A stretch of 64,000 nt of DNA, from positions 12,899 through 76,898 of the forward strand of contig JAGTQU010000003.1 of assembly GCA_018396695.1 (NCBI GenBank), in the 5' to 3' direction. Below are positions 47,308 to 56,289 of this stretch, one piece after another. How positions within the stretch are numbered: position 1 is the first letter of the stretch; each line of letters opens with the position of its first letter. The translations under genes and the position numbers were made by a program. The notes beneath the pieces were generated by a model. The model did not search any database. It was not told the origin of the DNA and saw nothing but the letters and a program-made list of their open reading frames with translations. The DNA comes from Candidatus Bathyarchaeota archaeon (GTDB taxonomy: Archaea; Thermoproteota; Bathyarchaeia; TCS64).

Positions 47308-48270
47308 CTAGGATTCTGTCTTTTTTACTTTCTTCAGAACTTTGATTAAGGCTGGAAGAATAGTGTAAAGATCCCCTAATATGCCATAATCTGAGATCTC
47401 GAATATTCCTGCTGCTTCGTCTTGGTTAACTGAGACAATTATCTGAGATCCCCTAATGCCTGCGGCATGTTGAATCGTTCCAGAGATTCCAAAGGCTATA
47501 TAAAGTCTGGGTTTAACTTTTTTCCCACTTATTCCTATCCATTCATCGAGCCAGCCGTTATCAGCTGAAATAGGTCTAGTGCATCCTATTTTTGAACCTA
47601 GAATAGAGGATAATTCACGTAGCAAATCTAAATCTTCTTTTTTCTTGAACCCTCTCCCTGCTGCGACAATTATCGAAGCCTCTTCAAGACCGGTATCCGA
47701 CTTGCTTTTTTCTCGTTTTTCTAAGATTTGAACCTTGGATTTAGGATGGTCAGTGTCAAGTCTAAGCACTTCGGCTACCTTTGTTGAGGGTTCTAATCTT
47801 TTGAATATGTTTTTTGAAATAACCGCGATATGGGGTTTTCTCCTGCTTTTTTCAAGAGCTATTGAAGATCCTCCATAAATTAAACGTTCGGCTAATAGAT
47901 TTCCTTCCTTATCGATGTTCAAACTTATACACTCTGTCATGCAGCCTGCGTCTAACGCTGCTGCAGTTCTAGCTGCAAGCTCTTTTCCAAATTTCGTCGC
48001 GCCAATTAGTATAACGTCTGGGTTAACCCTTTTTACAGCCTCCACTACGCCTATTTTGTAGAGTTCAACATCATAGTGTTCAAGTGATTTGTTTTCGATT
48101 GTGATAACCGCATCAGAATAATTTAAAACAGATGCTACATGACCTTCGACATTAGACCCGATTACAAGAGCGTAGAGTTTTGCCGCCAGGTTATTGGAGA
48201 GTTCTCTGCCCTTGCTTAGAAGCTGGAGCTGTAGATCCAAATCTTCAGAATATACTAGGATCCCTGTCAC
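47308..48270 (-). CDS. etfA: Electron transfer flavoprotein alpha subunit
   Basis: IIVAAGRG, GCTRP, IGISGKKVKPRLY, GISGTIQH and IFEISDYG. Confidence 0.93.
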   Translation of the reverse strand: MTGILVYSEDLDLQLQLLSKGRELSNNLAAKLYALVIGSNVEGHVASVLNYSDAVITIENKSLEHYDVELYKIGVVEAVKRVNPDVILIGATKFGKELAARTAAALDAGCMTECISLNIDKEGNLLAERLIYGGSSIALEKSRRKPHIAVISKNIFKRLEPSTKVAEVLRLDTDHPKSKVQILEKREKSKSDTGLEEASIIVAAGRGFKKKEDLDLLRELSSILGSKIGCTRPISADNGWLDEWIGISGKKVKPRLYIAFGISGTIQHAAGIRGSQIIVSVNQDEAAGIFEISDYGILGDLYTILPALIKVLKKVKKTES

Positions 48271-49118
48271 TGCAGATCCCTCAACACACCCTCTGATCTC
48301 AGAGCTTCTACAAGTTTTTCAGCTACTTCCTCAGGAGTCTCTCCTTTAATCATTATTCTTTTTCGCTCTACAAGAGGAGCCTTAACATCCAAGATTTCTA
48401 TCGCTGATAACTTTTTTAATTCCTCTACCGAAAGCCCAAGAGTTTTTGAATCCCATTCAATTACAGGTTTTCGTTTAGCCTTCATAATATTCATTAAGGA
48501 GGGTATTCTAGGCTCGTTTATCTCTCGAATCACCGATACGATTGCAGGAAGTTCTGCCTCTACTACCTCCTCACAATATTCAAGTTCTCTTTCCACTTTG
48601 ATCTTATTACCGACTAAATCGATGCGTCTCGCATACATTACTTGGGAGATGTTCAAGATCTCAGCTATGCGAGCCCCAATCTGAGAAGATAGAGTATCTA
48701 AACTCATCTCACCGCATAAAACTAGATCAAATGGCGCAAGTTTCTTCAGAGCAAAGGATAAAACCTTAGCGGTGGTTAAAGCATCTAGACCTATCAACTC
48801 TTTGTCATTTATTATATAAGCGGAATCTGCGCCTGAAGATAATGCATCAAGAATAGTCGTTCTGGTTTTTTCATCACCTAGAGAAAGGGTTACAACTTCT
48901 CCCCCGTATTTCTCTTTTAACTGAACTGCGGACTCTAACGCTCTTTTGTCTAGATCATTTATTTTCCTTTTCACCGAAACTAATATTGGTCTCCTGTCTT
49001 GACCTATCTTGATATCGGTAAGGTCCGGTATGTCCTTAACGAGGACGACTATCTTTACCAGATCACACAACCTCCAAATTTCATCTACATCGCGTACTTT
49101 CCAATCACTTATTATCAA
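48267..49118 (-). CDS. etfB: Electron transfer flavoprotein beta subunit
   Basis: VLVKDIPD, ALESAVQLKE, DLVLCGEMS and NEPRIPS; real start likely near 49060-49070. Confidence 0.93.
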   Translation of the reverse strand: MIISDWKVRDVDEIWRLCDLVKIVVLVKDIPDLTDIKIGQDRRPILVSVKRKINDLDKRALESAVQLKEKYGGEVVTLSLGDEKTRTTILDALSSGADSAYIINDKELIGLDALTTAKVLSFALKKLAPFDLVLCGEMSLDTLSSQIGARIAEILNISQVMYARRIDLVGNKIKVERELEYCEEVVEAELPAIVSVIREINEPRIPSLMNIMKAKRKPVIEWDSKTLGLSVEELKKLSAIEILDVKAPLVERKRIMIKGETPEEVAEKLVEALRSEGVLRDLQ

Positions 49119-49167
49119 ACTATCTAAAAGTTTTAAGGTTTAAACGATAACATACCTCTGAGGTTTC

Positions 49168-50202
49168 ATGGAGTTAGATAGAATAAGAAAGGTTGCGGTC
49201 CTCGGCGGAGGAGTTATGGGGCATGGTATAGCTCAAGTGGCAGCCTTTTCAGGATTTTCAACAGTGATCCGAGACATCAGTAGAGAGATTTTAGAGAAAG
49301 CTATGCAGAATTTAGAAAGAAATCTGAATAGAATGGTTGAGAGAAACAGGATTACCGCTGAAATGGCAAAAGAGACTTTAAACAGAATATCAACTTCAGT
49401 TGACCTTGCTGAAGCTGTTAGAGATGCTGATTTGATAATTGAAGCTATACCAGAGGATCTCGGAATTAAAAAAAGAGTCTGGAGTGAAGTCTCTTCAATA
49501 GCAGGATCCGATGTCATCTGTGTCACAAACACATCTAGTATAAGCATCACAGCCATATCCGAAGCTATCGCAAATCCTCAAAGGTTTGCGGGGATGCATT
49601 TTTTTAACCCTCCAGCAGTCATGAGGCTTGTAGAGATAATTCCTGGTCGAGAGACGAGTTTTGATACAATAAAAACCGTAGAAGATCTTGCAAGAAAAAT
49701 GGGCAAAACACCTGTAATCGTGAAGAAGGATTCGCCGGGATTTATTGTGAACAGGATTCTAATAACTTACATAAACGAAGCTGCCAAACTTTTAGAAGAA
49801 GGATTGTGGAGCAAGGAGCAGATAGATGCTTCAATACAATATAAAGCCAAGATGCCTATGGGTCCGTTTACGCTTTCTGATCTGATCGGCTTAGACATAA
49901 TACACAGTATACTGAAAGTCTTCGAAGAAGGTTTTGGACCATACTATAAACCTGCGCCTTTAATTGAGAGGCTTGTCGCTGAAGGGAAACTTGGAAGGAA
50001 AACGGGTGAAGGCTTCTACACCTATAAAGAGACTCCCACAGTTTCTGAAGCAGCTTCCGAAGGTTTTGACACAAACCTGCTTCTAAGAATCTTCAGGGAA
50101 GAAGCAGAGAAGCTAGTTGCTGAAGAGGTAGCTGATCAGGCTTCCATAGATACGGCTATGAAACTAGGGGCAAACCTTCCTTACGGACCATTTGAGCTCT
50201 AG
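49168..50202 (+). CDS. hbd: 3-hydroxyacyl-CoA dehydrogenase (with a partial duplicated C-terminal domain)
   Basis: GGGVMGHGIA, IEAIPE, NTSS, GMHFFNP, PGFIVNR and PMGPF...PYGPF. Confidence 0.9.
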   Translation: MELDRIRKVAVLGGGVMGHGIAQVAAFSGFSTVIRDISREILEKAMQNLERNLNRMVERNRITAEMAKETLNRISTSVDLAEAVRDADLIIEAIPEDLGIKKRVWSEVSSIAGSDVICVTNTSSISITAISEAIANPQRFAGMHFFNPPAVMRLVEIIPGRETSFDTIKTVEDLARKMGKTPVIVKKDSPGFIVNRILITYINEAAKLLEEGLWSKEQIDASIQYKAKMPMGPFTLSDLIGLDIIHSILKVFEEGFGPYYKPAPLIERLVAEGKLGRKTGEGFYTYKETPTVSEAASEGFDTNLLLRIFREEAEKLVAEEVADQASIDTAMKLGANLPYGPFEL

Positions 50203-50216
50203 ATTGGGGGGGAAGA

Positions 50217-50999
50217 TTGACGGAAGTTGAACCTATCATCACTAGGATTGAAGACAGTGTCTATTGGATTATTTTGAATAGGCCTGACAAACTAAACTCG
50301 ATCAACCCTGAGATGCTCGAAATGCTTGAAAGAGCGTTAGATAAAGTTGAGGGAGACTCAGAAATAAGATGCGTAGTTATCACGGGCGCAGGAGATAGGG
50401 CCTTCTCTGCGGGCGCTGATATCTCTTTTTTCAGAAACTTATCTCCAGAAGAGGCGGAGAAGGTTATTTCAAGCAAGGGTCACCACGCATTTCTTCGGAT
50501 CATGAATTCAAATAAGCCAGTAATAGCCGCTGTTAATGGTCTAGCTTTAGGAGGAGGATGCGAACTGTCTCTTATGTGTGATTTTAGGATAGCGTCAGAT
50601 AAAGCCAGATTTGGTCAGACCGAGGTCAACCTTGGACTGATACCTGGTTGGGGAGCTACAAGGATCCTTCCTAAAATTGTAGGGCCCTCTCATGCAAAAT
50701 GGATGATGATGACTGGATGCATCTTAAGCGCGGAAGAGGCTTTAAAAATAGGCTTGGTTAATAGAGTAGTTCAATCTGACCAATTTTCTGAAGAAATTAA
50801 AAGATTTGCCATAAGCCTAGCTAAAGGACCAAACGTGGCATTAGCTGAAATTAAGAGACTTATAAATTCTAGTATAGTGGATGAAAGCGATTTAGCTTCT
50901 GAAGCGAAAAGCTTTGGAAGGATTTTCGAGACAGAAGATTTTAAAGAAGGGCTCACAGCATTCTTCGAAAAAAGAAAACCATGTTTTAAAGGATCATGA
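50217..50999 (+). CDS. crt: Enoyl-CoA hydratase (crotonase)
   Basis: LNRPDKLN, FSAGAD, ALGGGCEL and FGQTEVNLGLIPG. Confidence 0.9.
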   Translation: MTEVEPIITRIEDSVYWIILNRPDKLNSINPEMLEMLERALDKVEGDSEIRCVVITGAGDRAFSAGADISFFRNLSPEEAEKVISSKGHHAFLRIMNSNKPVIAAVNGLALGGGCELSLMCDFRIASDKARFGQTEVNLGLIPGWGATRILPKIVGPSHAKWMMMTGCILSAEEALKIGLVNRVVQSDQFSEEIKRFAISLAKGPNVALAEIKRLINSSIVDESDLASEAKSFGRIFETEDFKEGLTAFFEKRKPCFKGS

Positions 51000-51389
51000 A
51001 ATGATTTTAAAGCAAAGTTTTATCTCTTCTCCTTCTTTAACTATCTGCGCCTTAACTCTTAAGTCTATTAAGTCTCTATCTGTTTCACGAGCATTAGTTA
51101 TCAGTCCAGATATTCTGCCTCCTTCATCAAATTCTATCACACCAACAGTGTAAGGAGACTGACTCATCATTTTCGTTAACGGAACATGAATAGTTGTGTA
51201 AGCCTTAATGATCCCTTCCCCTTTCAGCTCCCGCCATTTATTCGTCTTTCCCATGCAGTTTGGGCAGATTGGACGGGGGGGAAGATGAACTTTTTTACAT
51301 GATGGACAATACGAAGCCATTATCTTGCCTTCGGAAAGGTATTCTCTAAAAGATTTTAATGAGAAAGGTTTAACTGACATTATAATCAT
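50994..51389 (-). CDS. DUF35 Zn-ribbon/OB-fold protein (thiolase partner)
   Basis: CPSC...PPRPICPNC and GEGIIKAYT; overlaps the thiolase stop. Confidence 0.9.
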   Translation of the reverse strand: MIIMSVKPFSLKSFREYLSEGKIMASYCPSCKKVHLPPRPICPNCMGKTNKWRELKGEGIIKAYTTIHVPLTKMMSQSPYTVGVIEFDEGGRISGLITNARETDRDLIDLRVKAQIVKEGEEIKLCFKIIS

Positions 51390-52621
51390 TTCCCGTAAAT
51401 TTGAACCGTAACTGTTGCGCCAGAAGCTCCAACGTTATGGCTTAAACCAATCTCCGCGTCAGCGATCTGATGTTTACCTGCTTCGCCCCTCAGCTGCTTA
51501 AACATCTCATAAGCCATGGCAGCTCCAGTTGCTCCCACTGGATGACCCTTGGCTTTCAAACCCCCGTCGGGGTTAACAGGCTTATCACCGTTGATAGCTG
51601 TCCGCCCCTCCTCAGCCGCTACTCCACCCTCTCCTTTAGGGAAGAAGCCTAGGTCCTCCGTTGCTAAAATTTCAGCTATTGTGAAACAATCATGGACGAC
51701 CGCTAAATCAATATCCTTCGGTTTAACCCCAGCCATTTTGTAGGCTTGCTGGGCTGCGATTTTAGTCCCTTTAAGTGAAGTCAAATCTTCTCTGTTGCTT
51801 AGACACATGGTGTCTGAAGCTTGTCCGAGACCCTTCAAAAAGATTGGGGTATCAGTGAACCTTTTAGCTTTTTTCGCCTCAGCAAGGATAACGACAGCTG
51901 CCCCGTCTGAAATCGGACAGCAGTCGAACAGCCGAAGAGGATAAGCAACAACAGGATTCAAAGGAGATCGAAGAAACTCCATCTCATCCTTGAAGGTTAA
52001 CCCTCTACTCTCTCCCATTTTTTTAGCAACATCTAAGACGCTAGTTTGAAAGTGGGCTTTCGGGTTCAGGGAACCATTGTAATGATTTTTAATGGAAACC
52101 GCTGCCAGTTGATCCCATCTCGACCCATGTTTAGCGAAGTGGGCTGTCGCTATAGATGCGTATAATCCTGGAAAAGTGAAACCTGCTGAAACCTCGAAAA
52201 GGTTATCGGCAGCCATCGCCAGAGTATCTGTGACTTTATTGGTATCTAGGCTCGTCATCTTCTCGACTCCTCCAACCATGACGATGTCGTATAATCCTGA
52301 AGCGATTGCCATAGCTCCCATGCTTATTGCCACACCTGAGCTTGCGCAAGCGTCTTCTATTCTTATAGCAGGCTTAGGGTTAATCCCAAGCCAGTCCGCC
52401 ATCAAAGCAGCCATGTGCGCTTGATTTTCAAAGGAATCTCCTGAAAAGGTTCCTAGAAAAAGGGCTTCTATATCCTTAAACTCGAAGTTTTTATCTACAG
52501 AGTTTATAGCTTCAAGGGTTGCTTCTAGGAAGATCTCTCTGCTCGTTTTGTCAGCATGAATCTTATTATGAAATCTAGTCATTCCAGCGCCTATCAAGGC
52601 GACATCTCTTGAAAGGTTCAA
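51386..52621 (-). CDS. Archaeal-type acetyl-CoA acetyltransferase (thiolase)
   Basis: EDACASS, GVEKM, ISDGAA, HDCF and KGHPVGATG. Confidence 0.92.
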   Translation of the reverse strand: MNLSRDVALIGAGMTRFHNKIHADKTSREIFLEATLEAINSVDKNFEFKDIEALFLGTFSGDSFENQAHMAALMADWLGINPKPAIRIEDACASSGVAISMGAMAIASGLYDIVMVGGVEKMTSLDTNKVTDTLAMAADNLFEVSAGFTFPGLYASIATAHFAKHGSRWDQLAAVSIKNHYNGSLNPKAHFQTSVLDVAKKMGESRGLTFKDEMEFLRSPLNPVVAYPLRLFDCCPISDGAAVVILAEAKKAKRFTDTPIFLKGLGQASDTMCLSNREDLTSLKGTKIAAQQAYKMAGVKPKDIDLAVVHDCFTIAEILATEDLGFFPKGEGGVAAEEGRTAINGDKPVNPDGGLKAKGHPVGATGAAMAYEMFKQLRGEAGKHQIADAEIGLSHNVGASGATVTVQIYGK

Positions 52622-52696
52622 GTAGACATCAGCTTAGAATATTGAAAATGAAAAATAAGCATTATGTCGAAATAATTCTCGTCAAATGACGAATAT

Positions 52697-53650
52697 TCAA
52701 GTCTTTCCTTTAACAATCGCCCTGTAATAGTCTATTAACTGCGAGACGCCTTGTTCCACCGTATAATCTCTCTTATAATCAAGTTTCTCTTTTATCTTCT
52801 CGATTCTGAAACTGATTTTCTTTGCTTCTCCTATCCTCTCCGGAAGGTTAATGATTTTGACCTCGCATCCTTCGATCTTTTTCACTTGTTCAGAAACAAT
52901 AAATGCTATGTCCTTTATTCTTGCGGCTTCGCCTCCGACATTAAATTTATCACAAGATATCTCCTTAGAATCTATTGCGAGCATTATAGCTTTCGTAACA
53001 TCTTCAATATGCACGAATTCTCTGATGCTTTCACCGTCTCCGTAGAGGGTTAAAGGAACATGATCTAAGGCTTGTTTTACAAATTTAGGAATCACAGAAT
53101 TCCAGTGGGTATATAGTCCAACCCCAAATACATTTCCAAATCTGAGAATGATGCTCTCAACACCATCTGTAATGCTATATGATTCAAGTAGCTTCTCTCC
53201 AGCTAATTTAGTGATGCCATAAAGATTTAATGGTTGAACGGGATAAGTCTCATCAACCGGACTTATTTTTGGTTCACCATATACTGCAGCGCTGGAAGAG
53301 AAAACAACCTTGCTAACCCCCTTCTTTTTTGCAGCTTCAAGAATTTGAAAAGTGCCGTATATATTAACGGATACGGCTTCTTCAGGTTTTTCATAACACT
53401 TGTCAAGCGTGGAGATCGCTGCCAGATGAACAATGCAATCGGCGTTCTCAACTATTTTTTCAAGAAGCTTGAGGTTTCGAATATCTCCTTGTACAAGTTC
53501 GAGCTGATTTCCTTTATATTTCTCAAGATGCCGATAGTCTCCATTAAATAGGTTGTCAACCGATACTACAAACATTCCTTTTTCGAGCAATTTTTTAATC
53601 AAATAAGATCCAATATACCCTGCTCCACCGGTCACGACTATTTTAACCAT
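52697..53650 (-). CDS. NAD-dependent sugar epimerase/dehydratase
   Basis: TGGAGYIG, HLAA, SSSAAVYG and YGITK. Confidence 0.9.
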   Translation of the reverse strand: MVKIVVTGGAGYIGSYLIKKLLEKGMFVVSVDNLFNGDYRHLEKYKGNQLELVQGDIRNLKLLEKIVENADCIVHLAAISTLDKCYEKPEEAVSVNIYGTFQILEAAKKKGVSKVVFSSSAAVYGEPKISPVDETYPVQPLNLYGITKLAGEKLLESYSITDGVESIILRFGNVFGVGLYTHWNSVIPKFVKQALDHVPLTLYGDGESIREFVHIEDVTKAIMLAIDSKEISCDKFNVGGEAARIKDIAFIVSEQVKKIEGCEVKIINLPERIGEAKKISFRIEKIKEKLDYKRDYTVEQGVSQLIDYYRAIVKGKT

Positions 53651-53678
53651 TTTCCTAAACCTTGAAAAAAGGGATGAA

Positions 53679-54488
53679 TCAAGTTAACTTCTTTTTTACC
53701 CAATCAGCGATCTCTGCGCCAGTAGCGAACCAGACATCCTTCTTCTCTTGCATCTCACTGAGCAGCTTCTCAAGCATTTTCAACCTTGATATTCGTCCAA
53801 TAGCTTGAGGATGGCATGTAAGACAAAAATATCTACCAAGCTCGTATAAACCCTCAAACTCAGGTTTCCATATTTCATAAACTTCCGCTGGGCTTCTTCG
53901 CTCTGTGTCAAACTGTGGCCAATCGTCTAAGATCCATTCAACTGGAAGCTCAACTAATCCTGTTTCTTCTCCTCGATATTTCAGCATATATGGCATATCA
54001 TCGTCCATGAAGTTGCTTGAATATTTGAATCCTAAACGTTTAAGATGCATGATAGTTCTATCACTTACAAGCCAGTATGGTGCGCGATAACCTTGAGGTT
54101 TTACTCCGATGCGTTCCATTGAAACCATCATGCGTTCAAAAACCGATTCTTCTGCTTCATATGAGATCTCAGTCATCCTTTCATGGGCATATCCATGACC
54201 GCCTATCTCGTGACCTCTACTTCTGATCTCTTCGACAGAATCAGGATAGTTGTCAATAGTCCAACCTGGAGTAAAGAATGTGGCTTTTATATCTAATTTG
54301 TCTAATAGATCCAGGACACGTGGAATTGCGACTTTAGGAGCATATCTTCCTCTACTTTGACTAACTACATCTAGCGGGGTCCTCCACATGGTCGCGCTTG
54401 AAGAATCGTAATCAAAGGAGAGGAACACGCAACATCTATACCCGTTAGGCCAGAAACTCATCTTTATCGTGATTCGTAAACTTTTCAT
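53679..54488 (-). CDS. Polysaccharide deacetylase family (CE4, PuuE/HP0310-like)
   Basis: SFDYD, ATFFTPG, HEIGGHGYAH, GYRAP, LDDW and HPQ. Confidence 0.85.
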   Translation of the reverse strand: MKSLRITIKMSFWPNGYRCCVFLSFDYDSSSATMWRTPLDVVSQSRGRYAPKVAIPRVLDLLDKLDIKATFFTPGWTIDNYPDSVEEIRSRGHEIGGHGYAHERMTEISYEAEESVFERMMVSMERIGVKPQGYRAPYWLVSDRTIMHLKRLGFKYSSNFMDDDMPYMLKYRGEETGLVELPVEWILDDWPQFDTERRSPAEVYEIWKPEFEGLYELGRYFCLTCHPQAIGRISRLKMLEKLLSEMQEKKDVWFATGAEIADWVKKKLT

Positions 54489-54590
54489 CTATTTAAAAGA
54501 CTTTACTTTAATATCTCAAATTATGAAAGGATTTGCGATACTAATACTAAAAGTTAAATGGTTCCCATAACATATTAGACGGGATCCGAG

Positions 54591-55799
54591 ATGATAGACT
54601 TTTCATTTACGGACGAGCAAAACCTTTTCAGAGAATCAGTTAGAGAATGGCTTGCTAAGAATCTTCCTATCGAAAAAGTGAGAGAGAATGATGAGAAACA
54701 TAAAATACCTAAAGACATCATAAAGGGTCTAGGAGATTTAGATCTACTCTGTATGACGCTACCTGAAGAGCATGGAGGTGCCGGAGCAGATTGGGTCACT
54801 ACCGCCATAGCTGCCGAAGAGCTTGGATACGCAGACATTTCAGTTGCTATACCCGTCTTCTTTCTAGTTCAAGCGAGCTGGGGTTACGTAGTAGATGAAT
54901 ACTGCACAGACGTTGTAAGAGATATCTGTCTAAGAAAAGCAGCTAAAGGAGAATCATTCATAGGCATCGGAGTAACCGAGCCTGGAGGAGGATCAGATGT
55001 CGCAGGGTTCAAAACAATGCTGAAAAAAGAAAAAGATGGTTGGCTTATAAACGGAGAGAAGACGTACATAAGTGGGACAGAAGAATGTAAAGAGATGGGG
55101 GGAGGATACTTTGTCTCAGGATTTAGCGACAAATCCCAAGGTCACAGAGGAATGACTGCCTTCTACATGCCCATCAATGCTCCTGGAGTCGAGGTAACGA
55201 AGCGGTTCGAGAATATGGGAAGAATGGCGATTAGCACAGGAGGTTTCAAAATGACTAACGTTCACATACCTGATGAATATCAGTTAGGAGAGACAGGCAG
55301 AGGTTTCTACTTAACAATGGAGGGTTTCGATGCAGCAAGAGTTTTAGTATCTTCTAGCTGTATAGGTGCTGCTCAAAGGGCTTTAGAGTTAGGAATAGAG
55401 TATATAAAAGAAAGGAGAGCCTTCGAGCAACCCTTAGCAAAGTTTCAAGGGATACAATTTGACTTAGCAGAAATGGCTGCTGAGCATGAAGCCATAAAAT
55501 CGCTAATATATAGAACAGCTTGGATGCTCGACAAGAAATATAAAGAGGGTACATTCACTGCCTTAGAGTGCAGCAAATATATTTCAATGTGCAAACTTTT
55601 GGCTCCACATCATGCTTTAGACGTGTTAAAGAGAACTATGCTTTGGTTTGGGGCTTACGGCTACTCTAAAGAATGTCCTCTCGAAATGGGATTAAGAGGA
55701 ATCATGAGTTACTGCATAGGAGCTGAAGGCGCTTCTAACATTCAAAAGATAGTTATCTCGAGAGAGACTCTGGGAAGGGATTGGACTAGAACCAGATAA
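54591..55799 (+). CDS. Acyl-CoA dehydrogenase
   Basis: TEPGGGSD, INGEKTYIS, RRAFEQPL..FQ, FGAYGY and AEGASNIQ. Confidence 0.93.
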   Translation: MIDFSFTDEQNLFRESVREWLAKNLPIEKVRENDEKHKIPKDIIKGLGDLDLLCMTLPEEHGGAGADWVTTAIAAEELGYADISVAIPVFFLVQASWGYVVDEYCTDVVRDICLRKAAKGESFIGIGVTEPGGGSDVAGFKTMLKKEKDGWLINGEKTYISGTEECKEMGGGYFVSGFSDKSQGHRGMTAFYMPINAPGVEVTKRFENMGRMAISTGGFKMTNVHIPDEYQLGETGRGFYLTMEGFDAARVLVSSSCIGAAQRALELGIEYIKERRAFEQPLAKFQGIQFDLAEMAAEHEAIKSLIYRTAWMLDKKYKEGTFTALECSKYISMCKLLAPHHALDVLKRTMLWFGAYGYSKECPLEMGLRGIMSYCIGAEGASNIQKIVISRETLGRDWTRTR

Positions 55800-55807
55800 C
55801 TTTTTAT

Positions 55808-56182
55808 TTATTTTGAAAACACTTCAATCGAAATCCTATAATTTTCAGGAAAATTGAATACCTCTGTAAATATTTTCTCTATAATATTAGAGATCTTATC
55901 TACTTCTTTTACGTCAAAGAATTTCTGAATAGAAACATATTCATTAGATTGACGATCCCATGCAACGCTAGCATCAAATATACTAATCAGGTCCTCTATC
56001 TCAAGACTTGAAAGCTCTATTAAGGGTATATCCATAACAATAATTCCTCCTGATTCAAATATGGCGAATTGTATGAATTTTCCTGATTCAATCTCCCTTA
56101 CGATTACATAGTCTTCTTTTTTTTCTATCGCTAGCTTAAAGGCTCTATCGATTTCTTCAAGCCTCTCCTTTTTTAATATCAA
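55808..56182 (-). CDS. Hypothetical acidic protein
   Basis: 124-aa ORF filling the gap between genes; contains KFIQFA. Confidence 0.55.
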   Translation of the reverse strand: MILKKERLEEIDRAFKLAIEKKEDYVIVREIESGKFIQFAIFESGGIIVMDIPLIELSSLEIEDLISIFDASVAWDRQSNEYVSIQKFFDVKEVDKISNIIEKIFTEVFNFPENYRISIEVFSK

Positions 56183-56289
56183 TTTATCAGAAAGATGTAT
56201 CTAACAAGAAAACAAAAAGGTTATCAAATCGAAAAAATCAAAATATCAAATATAATGGTTAAATTTCTCATCTCATCAGTGGTTTTGGT

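Noticed and set aside
50195..50220. Slippage-based hbd-crt fusion at the G7 run
   Set aside because: The hbd stop precedes the G run, which more likely serves as the RBS for crt.
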